64,000 nucleotides of DNA from Patescibacteria group bacterium (GCA_023473585.1 JAMCYU010000001.1:66507-130506), one strand, 5' to 3'; shown: positions 19,725-30,571, numbered from the stretch's first letter. Notes: generated by a model from the letters alone, not told the origin. Translations and numbers: made by a program.

Positions 19725-20637
19725 CGAGAAACAATTCTTTGTCTTTTTTAACAAATAATTTTACTGTTTTTAATCGGTGAACAAGAATCGTCGGCAATTT
19801 TCCTATCGCCATCATAAAACCTAACCAAAAAGGCAAATCCAAAGAGATAATTCTTCTTATGAGGTGATACGACAACCAAAGAAAATGGCTTCTTAGCAAA
19901 TCATAATCTGTAATATTTTTCCAAATAAAGATGAACTGATTACGGTAGGATATGGTTTTTATATAAAATTGGCTGAATTTTTGTTTGATAATTCCCTCTT
20001 CATGTCGGTGGATTACCTGGCTTAAAGGCTCGAAAATAATTTTATAACCAGACTTTCGAGCCCGGTAGGAAAGATCAATATCTTCCCAATAAAAGGGGTT
20101 ATATAAAGAATCAAGTCCGCCGAGTTTTTCCCATAAGTCTTTTCTAAAAGCGCCGCTGCCGCAGGATACCCAAAAGGTCTCTGTTTTATTTACTTCCCCT
20201 CTTTTATGAATAAGAAACCCATGGTGCCATTTGGCTAGTCCCCGGCCTCTTTGAATTTCTTTCTCTCCCTCAATACTTATGTCCAAACAGCCAACGGCAA
20301 AAACTTGTAAGTCAGTGAAGTGTTGAACCAGCGGCCTAAGGAAGTCGGCTTTAGGCGTAACGTCGGTATTTAGCAAAACCACAATCTCGCCGATTGCTTC
20401 TTTAACTCCTCTATTAATCGTTGAAGAAAAACCAAGGTTCTTTTTATTTTCTATAATTTTGACTTTTGAACTGTAATTTTGCTTTTGAATAAACTCCCGG
20501 AGGATTGAGCTTTGAAACTGTTCCGAACCATCATCAACAACGATGACTTCGGAAGCTCCCGTTTCTAAAATTAAAGGCAAGTTTTTAACTAAATCGTCAG
20601 TTCGGTTGTAATTAGGAATGATAATGGAAACTTTCAT
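19717..20637 (-). CDS. Glycosyltransferase family 2 (rhamnosyl/galactofuranosyl-transferase-like)
   Basis: SIIIPNYN, NLGFS, LLNTD, GGLD..YWEDIDLSYRA. Confidence 0.9.
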   Translation of the reverse strand: MKVSIIIPNYNRTDDLVKNLPLILETGASEVIVVDDGSEQFQSSILREFIQKQNYSSKVKIIENKKNLGFSSTINRGVKEAIGEIVVLLNTDVTPKADFLRPLVQHFTDLQVFAVGCLDISIEGEKEIQRGRGLAKWHHGFLIHKRGEVNKTETFWVSCGSGAFRKDLWEKLGGLDSLYNPFYWEDIDLSYRARKSGYKIIFEPLSQVIHRHEEGIIKQKFSQFYIKTISYRNQFIFIWKNITDYDLLRSHFLWLSYHLIRRIISLDLPFWLGFMMAIGKLPTILVHRLKTVKLFVKKDKELFLDD

Positions 20638-22931
20638 AAGAAACTCATGCTAAATTCGATCTCGTGCTTCCCTCGGGGAACGAAAACTCCGCGGAAAGCG
20701 TAATTAGTACGATAAATTTTCGTTTCCAAACTATCGATGGTGGCTTTCCAGGCCGGATAATACGGATCCATTAAAACCAAAAAACCGTCTTCTGTATTTT
20801 GTGTTTTGATAATTATCTTATTTTCAGAGTATTCCTTTATTTCTGCTTGACAATTATTGCAATTCGACTTTAAATCCGAATCGTTAGTTTCGATTCTCTC
20901 CAGGGAAACTATTTTTTTCCGATTAAAATCCTGGGTAAAGATTGACTCAATGGCCTCCTGTTTATTACCAGCCACCTTAATACCATCGGCAAAAAACGTT
21001 CTCGGCAAAACATCGGCATTTTCATAAACTCTTGTTTGGCCTTCTTGAAAGACTAATTTAAGTTTTGGTGATTTTTCCTCCTTAAGGCTCAAAATATATT
21101 TTACATTAAGTAAATCGGTTAGCTTCGAGTCGTAATCCTGGGGGGTTAATATCCGATTAAAGGACAAAGGTTTAATATCGGCCCTCCCTCGATACCAGGC
21201 GCTGGTAAACTCTCCGTAATCACGAAGATATAAAGGATCGTAACCAGCCACGTCTTCTAGTTTGTAAAAGGTCGCAAAATTTGGGGGGAAAATTCTTCTG
21301 TCGGTAGTCATAAAGCGAAAAGGTTTAGGTTGATTTTTTAAAAATTTAATTGTTTCCGTTTGGGGAAAAAGCCATTCTTTATCGGTAAAAGGCGTAAATT
21401 TCCAGCCAAACCGGAAAAGATCTAAAATCGTCAAGATTAAAATCCCCCCATAAAAGAAATTCCGAACGGGAAAAGAATTGTTTAGTTTCTCTAGACGATA
21501 TTTTAGTCCGTGATAGACACCAACAAGACAAAGAAAAATTAAGAAAGTCAATGATGGGAAAATTAAATTTCGTTTCGCAATTAATAAATTTTCCAAACTC
21601 AGTGCTTTAAACCAGGTGGGGCCGGTTAAAACAAAAAGCCATAAGCTAAAAAGAAGAAGGCCCAAAAAAACAAGAACCGCTCCGGCTTTTTTCCTGTGCT
21701 TTAAATTTTTTATCAAAAAATCTAACCCTAAACCGGCCAAAACAGACAAGGAGAAGTCAGTCATAAATAAAAGTCTCGTCGGCTGGCTGGTTGACATTAA
21801 CGGCAGGCGCCACTGATACGGCAATTTAGCCAAAAAAGTCGGCAGGGCAAAAATTAAGGAAAGAAATGTTATTCCGCCAAAAAATAACGTTTTTTTATCA
21901 CGACGCCAAAGAATGGCCAAAAGAGCAAAAAACAGAGGAACAACGCCGATATAACTCACAAACTCTCCATAATTCCACTCTCCCCAGTAATTTAGGGTCG
22001 CCGGATTACCGAAAAAATCCGGAACCAGAAGCTGGATGAGATTTTGCCAGGGAATAAACCACCCCGGTTGCTGCCAATCAATCTGATCAAGATTGCGGGC
22101 GCTTTGACTTATAAATTGTAAAGTAGGAAACCATTGAATAACCGTTATTAAAGAAAAAAACAAAAAACAAAAAGAAAAAAGCAAGAACATTTTTTTTGAT
22201 CTTCCGTTTTGCCACCATCTAAAGATTAGGTAAAGTAATGAAAAAATGATAACGTAAAAAAAGACCTGTAAATGACCGGCAAAAAACGAAGAAATCAGGC
22301 TTAAAAATAAAAGACCGCTCCAAATCACAAGATTTTTGTTTCTTGACTGAAAAATTTTATCTATCGAAAGTAAAATTAGAGGTAACCACAATCCCGTGTG
22401 AATAATTGTATTCCATTCCAACCAGGCAATTGAAAATCCGGAGAAAGAAAAGACAATAGCCCCTAAAAAACTTGCCCACTTATCTATTTTTAAATTTCGT
22501 AAATATTGATATAAAAAAAGGCCGGCTAAAAAAGGCTGAAGCATGACCATTATTGCCCAACCAAGATTAAAAGGAAAAATTAAGAAGAGAATATTCAGAG
22601 GATAAAAGACGGCGCTTTGAAAATTAGCCAAAAGTGGCATTCCGGAAAAATTATACGGATTCCACAATGGAAGATGATTATTTTTCAATTGATCAAAAGA
22701 CAAGGATCGCCAAACATATTGCTGACGAACAGGGTCGGTTACTAAAAAATTCTTAAAGGGAATACCGCTGGGATAATCCTTAAGATAATAATCTCGCCAA
22801 GGATGATACAGACCAACAATCGTATCGGCCGGAAGGGGTAATTTATTCTCAAAGATAACCGGCTTAAAAAAGAAAAGAGAAAGAATAAGAAAAAAAACAA
22901 TCGGGAAAATTTTAACTAAAAATAATTTCAT
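20634..22931 (-). CDS. YfhO-family GT-C membrane protein (paralogue 1 of 2)
   Basis: DPVRQQY, PLWNPYNFSGMPLLAN, GYDPL, YYPAW..RTNYAFRGVFVPRGKH. Confidence 0.85.
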   Translation of the reverse strand: MKLFLVKIFPIVFFLILSLFFFKPVIFENKLPLPADTIVGLYHPWRDYYLKDYPSGIPFKNFLVTDPVRQQYVWRSLSFDQLKNNHLPLWNPYNFSGMPLLANFQSAVFYPLNILFLIFPFNLGWAIMVMLQPFLAGLFLYQYLRNLKIDKWASFLGAIVFSFSGFSIAWLEWNTIIHTGLWLPLILLSIDKIFQSRNKNLVIWSGLLFLSLISSFFAGHLQVFFYVIIFSLLYLIFRWWQNGRSKKMFLLFSFCFLFFSLITVIQWFPTLQFISQSARNLDQIDWQQPGWFIPWQNLIQLLVPDFFGNPATLNYWGEWNYGEFVSYIGVVPLFFALLAILWRRDKKTLFFGGITFLSLIFALPTFLAKLPYQWRLPLMSTSQPTRLLFMTDFSLSVLAGLGLDFLIKNLKHRKKAGAVLVFLGLLLFSLWLFVLTGPTWFKALSLENLLIAKRNLIFPSLTFLIFLCLVGVYHGLKYRLEKLNNSFPVRNFFYGGILILTILDLFRFGWKFTPFTDKEWLFPQTETIKFLKNQPKPFRFMTTDRRIFPPNFATFYKLEDVAGYDPLYLRDYGEFTSAWYRGRADIKPLSFNRILTPQDYDSKLTDLLNVKYILSLKEEKSPKLKLVFQEGQTRVYENADVLPRTFFADGIKVAGNKQEAIESIFTQDFNRKKIVSLERIETNDSDLKSNCNNCQAEIKEYSENKIIIKTQNTEDGFLVLMDPYYPAWKATIDSLETKIYRTNYAFRGVFVPRGKHEIEFSMSFL

Positions 22932-23967
22932 CCATTCTCCTTAAAAAAACTTCCCTGGAAAAATCCTCGGCCCTTTTTATTCCCTCTTTTGCCATTTTTA
23001 TTCTTAAATCCTCATCTTGAGCAACAGCCAATGTCTGATCAATTAATTCTTTTTCGTTTTGCCATAAAAAGCCGCTCACCCTGTCATTGACTATTTCTTT
23101 CTGTCCGCCGGCATCATAAACCAAGGGCACACAACCGGAAGCCATCGCTTCTACCGTCGAAATCCCAAAATGTTCCATCCCGGCCGGATTGTTTTTTTCA
23201 TCTTCGTTAAAACCGGCCGCATGCCAATAAATTTTAGCTTGAGAATAGTGTTTTTTAAGATTAGCAAACGGCTCATTGGGAAAAAGTTTAACAGGGAAAC
23301 CCTTGGCTAATTGTTTAATTTCGTTAAAATAGGCCATGTCTTGCTCAAGCAATCCCCCGATTAAATATAATTCCCAACCTCCAAGAATCTGGTGAAGTTT
23401 TTTGAAAAAAATAATCATTTCTTTTTGTTTTTTACCGGCGTCTTTACTGAACCTGCCTACCGAGACAATTAAGTTTTCCTTCTCTTGCGGTTTGAATTGC
23501 CCGACATCGACGGGCGGATAAACAACTGAAGAGTTAACACGGTATTCCTGGTCAATATAATTTTTGGTAAAGAAAGAGTTACAGATAATTTTTTGATAGC
23601 GACTTAACTTAACTCTGTCCGTTAGACTTTGCGTCTTGATCTTTGTGAAAGGACGTTGGAAATGAAGAATGTTTTTTTTGGCTAGGGTCGTAGGAAGACT
23701 ACCGTCACTTAGAATAAAAATGAGGTCATATTGAGAAGTCATTCTTAATTTTTGCCATAAATTTAATCTTTTGGAAAAAACATTACGATAAAATTCAGCT
23801 TTATCTAAATTTATCGCCAGTCTTTCTTTAATTCTTTCCTTAATTTCTTCTTCGTCCCAAAAAATCCTAACCAGATGATTTTCGCTTAAGTGTTCGGCCA
23901 GGGTTAAAACATAACGTTCTCCCCCGCCCAAACTGTCTAAATAAGGATCAAAAATTCCGATCTTCAT
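22912..23967 (-). CDS. Glycosyltransferase family 4
   Basis: GGGERY, VYPPVD, SVGRF, EHFGISTVEAMASG. Start moved to ATG 23967. Confidence 0.92.
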   Translation of the reverse strand: MKIGIFDPYLDSLGGGERYVLTLAEHLSENHLVRIFWDEEEIKERIKERLAINLDKAEFYRNVFSKRLNLWQKLRMTSQYDLIFILSDGSLPTTLAKKNILHFQRPFTKIKTQSLTDRVKLSRYQKIICNSFFTKNYIDQEYRVNSSVVYPPVDVGQFKPQEKENLIVSVGRFSKDAGKKQKEMIIFFKKLHQILGGWELYLIGGLLEQDMAYFNEIKQLAKGFPVKLFPNEPFANLKKHYSQAKIYWHAAGFNEDEKNNPAGMEHFGISTVEAMASGCVPLVYDAGGQKEIVNDRVSGFLWQNEKELIDQTLAVAQDEDLRIKMAKEGIKRAEDFSREVFLRRMDEIIFS

Positions 23968-24706
23968 TTTGCCTTTCCCAAAGACGAACGTAGGTAATAA
24001 AAATACTGAATGACTGATAAAGGCTTTCAATAAGACCGACGGTCCCGAGTTTCCATCCTCCTTGTCCCAGGTAATATTTAAGGAATTCTGTTAACATCAT
24101 CCGGGGAAATCTCCACCAGGTCATTTTGGGATGACCAGCTTTAAACCGTAAGTCTGCTTCTACTTTCGACCACTCGATGGTTTTTTTAAGCATTGAGGAA
24201 AGATCACGATGGGTATAATGATTTAAATAACCCTTTAATTCCCCAATTTTACCGCTGATTATCGGACTTTCGTGGAGTTCTCCATACCAACCTTTCAGTT
24301 GATCTTTTTTAAAAAATCGTTCAAGTTCTTCGATCTTTGGCCATTCGTGATCACCCAAATAAAAGTTTTTTCTCTTAACCCTGTAGGCCACAAAATTATT
24401 ATTGGTGTTTTCCGTTTGATCTTTTATGCTTGACGCTAATTCCGGTGTCACCCTTTCGTCTGCATCCAGATATAAAACCCAACGACAAGAAGCTTTAATC
24501 ATGGCAAAATTACGCTGACCGGCGAAATCTTTAAAAGGATTAAGAAAAACTTGGGCGCCTGTTTTTTTGGCAATTTCTCCGGTTTTATCCGAAGACTCCG
24601 CATCCACAACGATTATTTCGCCCGCCAACTGACGGGTAGATTCAATGCAGGCAAAAATATTTTTCTCTTCGTTTTTTGTCAGTATCAGAATAGAAATTCT
24701 ATTCAT
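23948..24706 (-). CDS. GT2, beta-1,4-glucosyltransferase-like (paralogue 2 of 3)
   Basis: KNEEKN, FAGQRN, LDADERVTPEL, LHE. Confidence 0.9.
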   Translation of the reverse strand: MNRISILILTKNEEKNIFACIESTRQLAGEIIVVDAESSDKTGEIAKKTGAQVFLNPFKDFAGQRNFAMIKASCRWVLYLDADERVTPELASSIKDQTENTNNNFVAYRVKRKNFYLGDHEWPKIEELERFFKKDQLKGWYGELHESPIISGKIGELKGYLNHYTHRDLSSMLKKTIEWSKVEADLRFKAGHPKMTWWRFPRMMLTEFLKYYLGQGGWKLGTVGLIESLYQSFSIFITYVRLWERQNEDRNF

Positions 24707-26637
24707 AAAAATTTAAGAATTAAAGCCGAATTATTTTCGAAAACGACATTATAAGGAATATAAATATTTTCCCTAAAACCCTCTTCTTCTTTCTTTAAAT
24801 ATAACGTATTTAGATGATATTTGGAAATAAACTCCTTCTGAAAAATTAGCCCGTCTTTCTTTTTTTCCGGATTAAAAAACTCTGAAAGCTCTTTTTCCCT
24901 CTGAACATTATTTTTTAAGGTGTTTTCTGCCATCAGTTTATGAGAATAATAGGTATTTCTTTCGGAAACTACGGAAACATACATCGAGAAAAGATTCTCT
25001 CCGGTTGGCGGTAAAAGGATAATATCGTCAGGTTTGGTTATTTTTTTAAGAGTTAAAAGACTTTCGGTCGTACTTTTATCCAAGACAAAATAAGTTCTGC
25101 TCGCTGCGGTCCTTACGGTCGTTGGAAGGGAAAGTAAAATAATAAAAAGACTCCCAATAACGGTTAAATACTTATCCCTTGAAAAAAAGTGTTTGAGGAC
25201 AAAAACCGTGAGAATATTGCCGATTATTAAACTGTAATAAAAAAATTGAATCGTATTGCCGACACTGCCTTTTTGAATAAAAAAAAGCGGTAGTATCATC
25301 CCCGTTATAAAAGCCGTTAATAAAAAGAGGGAGAATTTCGAAAAGGGAAGTTTTTTTAAAAGATACAAAGGCATGATAAAAAAACCGACGACTCTTATCC
25401 CTAAGTTTCCGGCAATAAAAAGAAAAAGTTCGGCAATTCTTAATCTGACAACGGCAAAGAGATTATGGGTTGCCCAATAATATTGTTCTTTGAGAGCCCA
25501 TTCCGGAACATTCAATCTGTCTTTATTTTCTACCATCGTGTGTAAAAACCAAAACGGTGCATACGTAAGAAATGACGAAGAATCCTTTCCGGACACGGGT
25601 AAAAAAACCAAGAGGCCACAAAGCAAGGTAAAAAAATAAACGATTAGAAAATCATGTCTTTTTTTGAAGATGTTAACCATCGCCACTGCCCCTAAACCAA
25701 TCAAGAGTATTATCCCCGCATAAACTTTAAAAGAAATTAAGAAACCGGCAAGAATTACAAGCGGAATTTCCATTCTTTCTTTTTCGATTAAATATTTATA
25801 AAGGCAAAAAATAATAAGGTAGAAAAGACTAAGAGAAAGGATTACCGACGGATTGAGAATACTGCCAAATGTTTGGCTGCTCCAGAAAGTTGATTCACCC
25901 CAAAGAAAATTCATCCCCAGCCAAAAGGGCAAAAGATAAGAAAAACTGCCGGCCACATAAGTTAAAATAACCAAAATATCGGCAAAAAAATAGCTTTTAA
26001 ATAATTTACGGCCCAAAACAAAAGCCGATAATCCCAAAAACAACGAAAAGAAAAACAAAAAATAATTATAATAAAGATTGATTATCGGTATTTGGGTAAA
26101 ACGATAGATTGTCCCGATAAATAAATGAGTAAAATAATGGTAATTAGTCACAACTTCAGGGGCGAATCCGGGGTGTGTCGGTGGGACATTTTTAGACAAT
26201 TCGCGACTTAAGCTGATAATCCACATGGAGTCACCAGAATCTTTCATTTTTATTGTCCCGCTGTTTTCGTCATAGCCACAGCCCGGGAAAGAAGAAGATT
26301 GGAAAAGGCTAAGAATCATTATCAGCAGTAAGGAAACTATTATGGGCAGTGATTTTAAGTTCTTGAGCAGATATTTTTTCTTAAACAACTCGATAAGAAA
26401 AACAATGAAGGCAACCGCAATCATAAAATCTGCTAAAAATTTGATTTTAAAAAGACCGGAAAAAAAATATAAAGCTGAAGAAACCGTTATTCCCATTCCC
26501 AAACTTAGGACTAATCTTTCTAATTTCGTCAGATTGATTTTTAAAAAAGAGAGAACAACAAAACCCGGTGAAACGGCAAAGATAATAATTGAAAGGAAGA
26601 ATAAGACGAATCGCCAAATAGTACTAAATAGTTCCAT
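24703..26637 (-). CDS. Putative GT-C polytopic membrane protein
   Basis: About 13 TM helices, loop with DSMW...PPTHPGF...NYHYFTH. Start moved to ATG 26637. Confidence 0.62.
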   Translation of the reverse strand: MELFSTIWRFVLFFLSIIIFAVSPGFVVLSFLKINLTKLERLVLSLGMGITVSSALYFFSGLFKIKFLADFMIAVAFIVFLIELFKKKYLLKNLKSLPIIVSLLLIMILSLFQSSSFPGCGYDENSGTIKMKDSGDSMWIISLSRELSKNVPPTHPGFAPEVVTNYHYFTHLFIGTIYRFTQIPIINLYYNYFLFFFSLFLGLSAFVLGRKLFKSYFFADILVILTYVAGSFSYLLPFWLGMNFLWGESTFWSSQTFGSILNPSVILSLSLFYLIIFCLYKYLIEKERMEIPLVILAGFLISFKVYAGIILLIGLGAVAMVNIFKKRHDFLIVYFFTLLCGLLVFLPVSGKDSSSFLTYAPFWFLHTMVENKDRLNVPEWALKEQYYWATHNLFAVVRLRIAELFLFIAGNLGIRVVGFFIMPLYLLKKLPFSKFSLFLLTAFITGMILPLFFIQKGSVGNTIQFFYYSLIIGNILTVFVLKHFFSRDKYLTVIGSLFIILLSLPTTVRTAASRTYFVLDKSTTESLLTLKKITKPDDIILLPPTGENLFSMYVSVVSERNTYYSHKLMAENTLKNNVQREKELSEFFNPEKKKDGLIFQKEFISKYHLNTLYLKKEEEGFRENIYIPYNVVFENNSALILKFL

Positions 26638-27553
26638 AAGATTTACCCTTCCCAAGTCTGCCTAAAAAGAAATCAGAGACGGCCCAACGTTCAACGTCGC
26701 TCTTGAAATAAAGTCTTATCGATTCTCTAAGAAGAGCTAATTTTGTTCTCAAGGAAGCATGGCGCATCCCGAAAATTAAACGATTTCTGGTCAAATAATA
26801 GGTATGCAAGGGTGATCCTGGCTGCCCGCTTGATTGGGCATTTTTATGCCAAACGATTCCCTGGGGTTTATAAAGTATTTTAAAACCCGCTTTCCGGGCT
26901 CGAAGACATAAATCGACGTCTTCTAAATACATAAAATATTTTTCGTCAAGAAATCCAATTTCTCCAAAAACCTCCTTTTTAACCAACATGGCGCAGCCGG
27001 TCGTAAAAGCTGTTTCCTCAACTTTATCATATTGTCCAATATCAACCTCATCGACCCCCCGATGAGAAGCATAAACATTACGCCAATCAATCAAACCCCC
27101 GGCATACCAAATAATCCTGCCAAGTTCAGTCTCTTTATAGCGATGTCGATGGTATTCATAGCCCTTGGCAAAATAAATTTTGGGACCAACGATACCAACG
27201 TTTTTATTCTGTTCCATCGCTTTCAATAATTCCGTCATGAGATTTTTATCAACTTGAGTATCATTATTAATAAGCATCACGTAGTCCGCTTCGTTTTCTA
27301 GGGCGTGTTTTATCCCGATATTGTTCCCCCCCGCAAACCCCAGATTTTCCTGATTCTCTACCAACTTTATCGCTGATTTTTCCGAATCAATAAATTTTTT
27401 AATTCTATCAACCGAATCATCGGTCGAACCGTTATCAACCACAATAACTTTAAGGTTAAATGTTCCCTGTTCCATGTTTTGTATCGATTCCAAACATTCA
27501 AGCGTATCTTCTTTTCCATTCCAATTAAGAATAATAACGGCAATTTTTTTCAT
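26624..27553 (-). CDS. GT2, WbbL/RfbF-like rhamnosyltransferase family
   Basis: IILNWN, NLGFAGGNN, INND, GCAML, YLEDVDLCLRA, RNRL. Confidence 0.9.
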   Translation of the reverse strand: MKKIAVIILNWNGKEDTLECLESIQNMEQGTFNLKVIVVDNGSTDDSVDRIKKFIDSEKSAIKLVENQENLGFAGGNNIGIKHALENEADYVMLINNDTQVDKNLMTELLKAMEQNKNVGIVGPKIYFAKGYEYHRHRYKETELGRIIWYAGGLIDWRNVYASHRGVDEVDIGQYDKVEETAFTTGCAMLVKKEVFGEIGFLDEKYFMYLEDVDLCLRARKAGFKILYKPQGIVWHKNAQSSGQPGSPLHTYYLTRNRLIFGMRHASLRTKLALLRESIRLYFKSDVERWAVSDFFLGRLGKGKSYGTI

Positions 27554-27577
27554 TTTGGCAAAAACTAAACTTTTGTC

Positions 27578-28216
27578 TTATTCGTAAATAATTCTAATCC
27601 GGGCATTATCAAGAAAAACTTCGTAGCCTAAACTGGAATAAAGCTGAACTCGGTAAAGTCTATTTCCTAAAGCAAAAGAAATCTTTTCTGACCTTACCAT
27701 ATTTCCGGCTTGACCCTCTACCCAAACCTCGCTGTTCCAAACAGGATGATCGTCGTTAACGTTATAAAGTCTGGCGTAAGCTCTCCCGTTAGCGGTCGGA
27801 ATACGCAAAGCTGCCTCAAAGTTTGCTTCTTTGATCTTGGTATATTTAGAAGTGTCAATATATGTTTCTATTCCGCCGATGTTTACCCAAGAAGTGTTTT
27901 TTGTCGAACCGCTGCCTAGGGGAATAAAAATTTCTTTTGTGGCCACAGCCTTATTTTGAGCTTCTTTTTCCGCCGTTGGCAATTTAATTGAGGCCGTGGC
28001 CGTTTCAATCGCTTGCAAACAAGCCGGTGAACAATTCATTATTTCTTCGTTTATTATGGCTGAGGGGGTCGGGGTAACCGGGGACTCCGTCACCGTTTCT
28101 GTTTTTTCTTCTGGCTCTTTGGTTAAAAACAACTTTATGTCAAGAATAATAAGATTAAAGGCCAGTAAAAAAAGAAGAAGGAATATCCCCATGGTTATAA
28201 TTTTAGTTTTATTCAT
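27578..28216 (-). CDS. Membrane-anchored hypothetical protein with Pro/Thr linker and beta-rich C-domain
   Basis: N-terminal TM, TESPVTPTPS linker, CSPAC, in operon context. Confidence 0.7.
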   Translation of the reverse strand: MNKTKIITMGIFLLLFLLAFNLIILDIKLFLTKEPEEKTETVTESPVTPTPSAIINEEIMNCSPACLQAIETATASIKLPTAEKEAQNKAVATKEIFIPLGSGSTKNTSWVNIGGIETYIDTSKYTKIKEANFEAALRIPTANGRAYARLYNVNDDHPVWNSEVWVEGQAGNMVRSEKISFALGNRLYRVQLYSSLGYEVFLDNARIRIIYE

Positions 28217-28219
28217 AAA

Positions 28220-29134
28220 TTAAAGGCTAAGTTTCCTTTTAATTTTTAACACTAATTTTTTAAAAGGATTTTTTGTTTCCTCAAGGTAACTTTCGCTAAA
28301 CCAATAATTTAAATCTTTTTTTGTCTTGGCAAATTCGCCCTCCACCTTTTTTAAAAAGTCTTCTTCTTTCGGTTCCCAAAATCCTTGTTTCTCCCAAATC
28401 TTAGCAAAGACTATTTCTGCATAAAAAGCCTGTAAAAGGCTCAAAACTAGTCCATGTAAGCCGTCTTTGTAGCCCTTTTGGGCAAAAAAGGTTTTTAAAA
28501 AATCTTCAACGGGCCACGTTATGGCGTCCGTCCATTTTAATTTTTTCCCACTTCGTAAAAAAACATCGGTTTCGTTTTCGGTATAAATTTTATCGAGTTT
28601 ATAAAGAAATTGAGAAACAGAAACGTAATTTAGGTGTGTCAGCGGATTTTTCAAATGACCCGTTGAACCGTTAACCTCAAGAGCTTCATGAATATGCTTT
28701 TCGGGAAATCTGCCCCTGCCCTTACGAAAGAGCCGTAGCTGCTCATCCGGCGACCAAAGAGAATGCTGAATCCATTTTCCAAAAATAATATTTTTCCGGG
28801 GAATCCAATAACCGTCGACGCTTGATGCTTGATCCTTAACACTTGCTGCTATTTCATCTCTTAATTCCGGAGTAACGCGTTCGTCGGCGTCCAAATTAAG
28901 AAGCCAGTCTCCGCTGGCCTTCTCAAAGCCAAAATTTTTATTAATATTGAGCATTAAATTATTCGGTTGGGTATAAATTTTTGCTCCATACGCCTGACCA
29001 ATTTCCTGTGTTTTATCCGTGGAGTTATTGTCAATTAAGATAATCTCATCTCCTAATTGTCTTACGGATTCAAGACAATCCTTGATGTTTTTTTCCTCGT
29101 TATAGGCAGAAATTACGACCGAAAGTTTTGCCAT
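28220..29134 (-). CDS. GT2, beta-1,4-glucosyltransferase-like (paralogue 3 of 3)
   Basis: YNEEKN, LDADERVTPEL, PDEQLRLF, IHE, GYKDGLHG. Confidence 0.9.
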   Translation of the reverse strand: MAKLSVVISAYNEEKNIKDCLESVRQLGDEIILIDNNSTDKTQEIGQAYGAKIYTQPNNLMLNINKNFGFEKASGDWLLNLDADERVTPELRDEIAASVKDQASSVDGYWIPRKNIIFGKWIQHSLWSPDEQLRLFRKGRGRFPEKHIHEALEVNGSTGHLKNPLTHLNYVSVSQFLYKLDKIYTENETDVFLRSGKKLKWTDAITWPVEDFLKTFFAQKGYKDGLHGLVLSLLQAFYAEIVFAKIWEKQGFWEPKEEDFLKKVEGEFAKTKKDLNYWFSESYLEETKNPFKKLVLKIKRKLSL

Positions 29135-30564
29135 AAAGTTTTCGCCTCCTCAAAAATTCTCCCTTTGGTCAAAATATAAACCGAAACTAAATAAATTATA
29201 CTCCCCATCAAAAGAACAAAGATTAACCAGGTCATTTTGGTCGTTAAAGCCAATGTCAGATAAAAAAAGACGGCTAAGATCATTGAGGCAACCAAAGATG
29301 GCATAATATTGGCAACCAGATGAAAACGAACAAAGCGTTTGACCATAAGAACCGGAATAACGACGGTTAAACCGATCATGGCCGAAGAAACGGCCACCCC
29401 ATTAAAGCCTAACTTAAAAACCAAAAACGGCCCTAAAAGCCAAGTCAGAACAGTCCAAACAATCATCAGATAAAGGGTTATTTTTATTTTGCCGATCGCA
29501 TTTAAAACATTGGTTAAGGGCGTGGAGAGGCCGGCAAAAATGCTGGCAATAACGAAAAGGTAAAAAGAGAAAAGTGCCGGTTCCCACTTAAGGTACTTCG
29601 GGATGAAAAAGACGAGCGGTTTGATGGCAAAAACAAAAGCCACGCTTAACGGTAGAATCAAAAACGAAAGAAAAAAGATTGATTTATCCAAGGCTTTACC
29701 TAAATACTCGGGTTTTTCCTGAAGTCTGGCGTAGGCGGGGAAAGTAACCTTAATGACATTGTCCATAACAAGCCTTAAAGGAAATTCGGCCCATTTTTTC
29801 GCCCAGCCGATATAACCTATCTGATTAAAAGGCAAAACTTTCCCTAAAAAAATCGTAAAAAGATCATCCTTAATCAGGGCTAAAATTGAGTTTGCCTGAA
29901 AAGGTAAACCGAAAGATAATAGCCTTTTGGCTACCGTTTTGGAAAAACCGATACCTATTTTCCAGGGAGAAAGAACATAAATGGCTGCTAGACCAATAAC
30001 GCCCCTTGCCAAAACCGCCCAGGTAAAAGAGGTCAGACCAAAACCCTTAACGGCCAAAACAACCACGATGAGGCTAAAGGCGTTGGTTTCGAGAATCTGC
30101 GGGATAACCAATTTATTAAAAGCTAATTTCCGCTCGAGAAGAATGGAAGGAATGGTTTTTAAGGAAGACAAAAAGAAAGAGACTACCAGTGCCCGAAAAA
30201 GCCAAAGACCAGCCGTGTCTAAATTATAAAAACTTGAAAGCTGCCTTGAAAGGAGTAAGGCTATAATCACGATTGCTCCCACTAAGACCTGTTGAATGGT
30301 AAAGGTCGTTTTTAAGTCGTCCTCTGTAACCGCTTCTCTTTTTTGAATTAAGGCTGCCGCCAGACCAATATCAGAAAAATAACCCAGAAAGGAAATGACG
30401 GCGGAAACGACAAAAAAGACACCAAAAACCGAAGGCGCCAAGAAAATGGTTAAGAGAAAGGTCGTAAGAAAAGAAATTATCTGTAGAAGAAAAGTCCTTG
30501 AGGTTAAAGCCAAAACACCGCCTACAGCCCGTTTTTTCACCTCTTCAAGACCAATTTCATCCAT
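29113..30564 (-). CDS. wzx: WzxC-like oligosaccharide flippase
   Basis: DIGLAAALIQKR, LLERKLAF, VTFPAYARLQ, about 14 TM helices. Confidence 0.88.
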   Translation of the reverse strand: MDEIGLEEVKKRAVGGVLALTSRTFLLQIISFLTTFLLTIFLAPSVFGVFFVVSAVISFLGYFSDIGLAAALIQKREAVTEDDLKTTFTIQQVLVGAIVIIALLLSRQLSSFYNLDTAGLWLFRALVVSFFLSSLKTIPSILLERKLAFNKLVIPQILETNAFSLIVVVLAVKGFGLTSFTWAVLARGVIGLAAIYVLSPWKIGIGFSKTVAKRLLSFGLPFQANSILALIKDDLFTIFLGKVLPFNQIGYIGWAKKWAEFPLRLVMDNVIKVTFPAYARLQEKPEYLGKALDKSIFFLSFLILPLSVAFVFAIKPLVFFIPKYLKWEPALFSFYLFVIASIFAGLSTPLTNVLNAIGKIKITLYLMIVWTVLTWLLGPFLVFKLGFNGVAVSSAMIGLTVVIPVLMVKRFVRFHLVANIMPSLVASMILAVFFYLTLALTTKMTWLIFVLLMGSIIYLVSVYILTKGRIFEEAKTLWQNFRS

Positions 30565-30571
30565 AGTCTAA

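Noticed and set aside
27326-27332. C7 run in the WbbL-like GT2
   Set aside because: It encodes the conserved FAGGNN motif, which explains the run.
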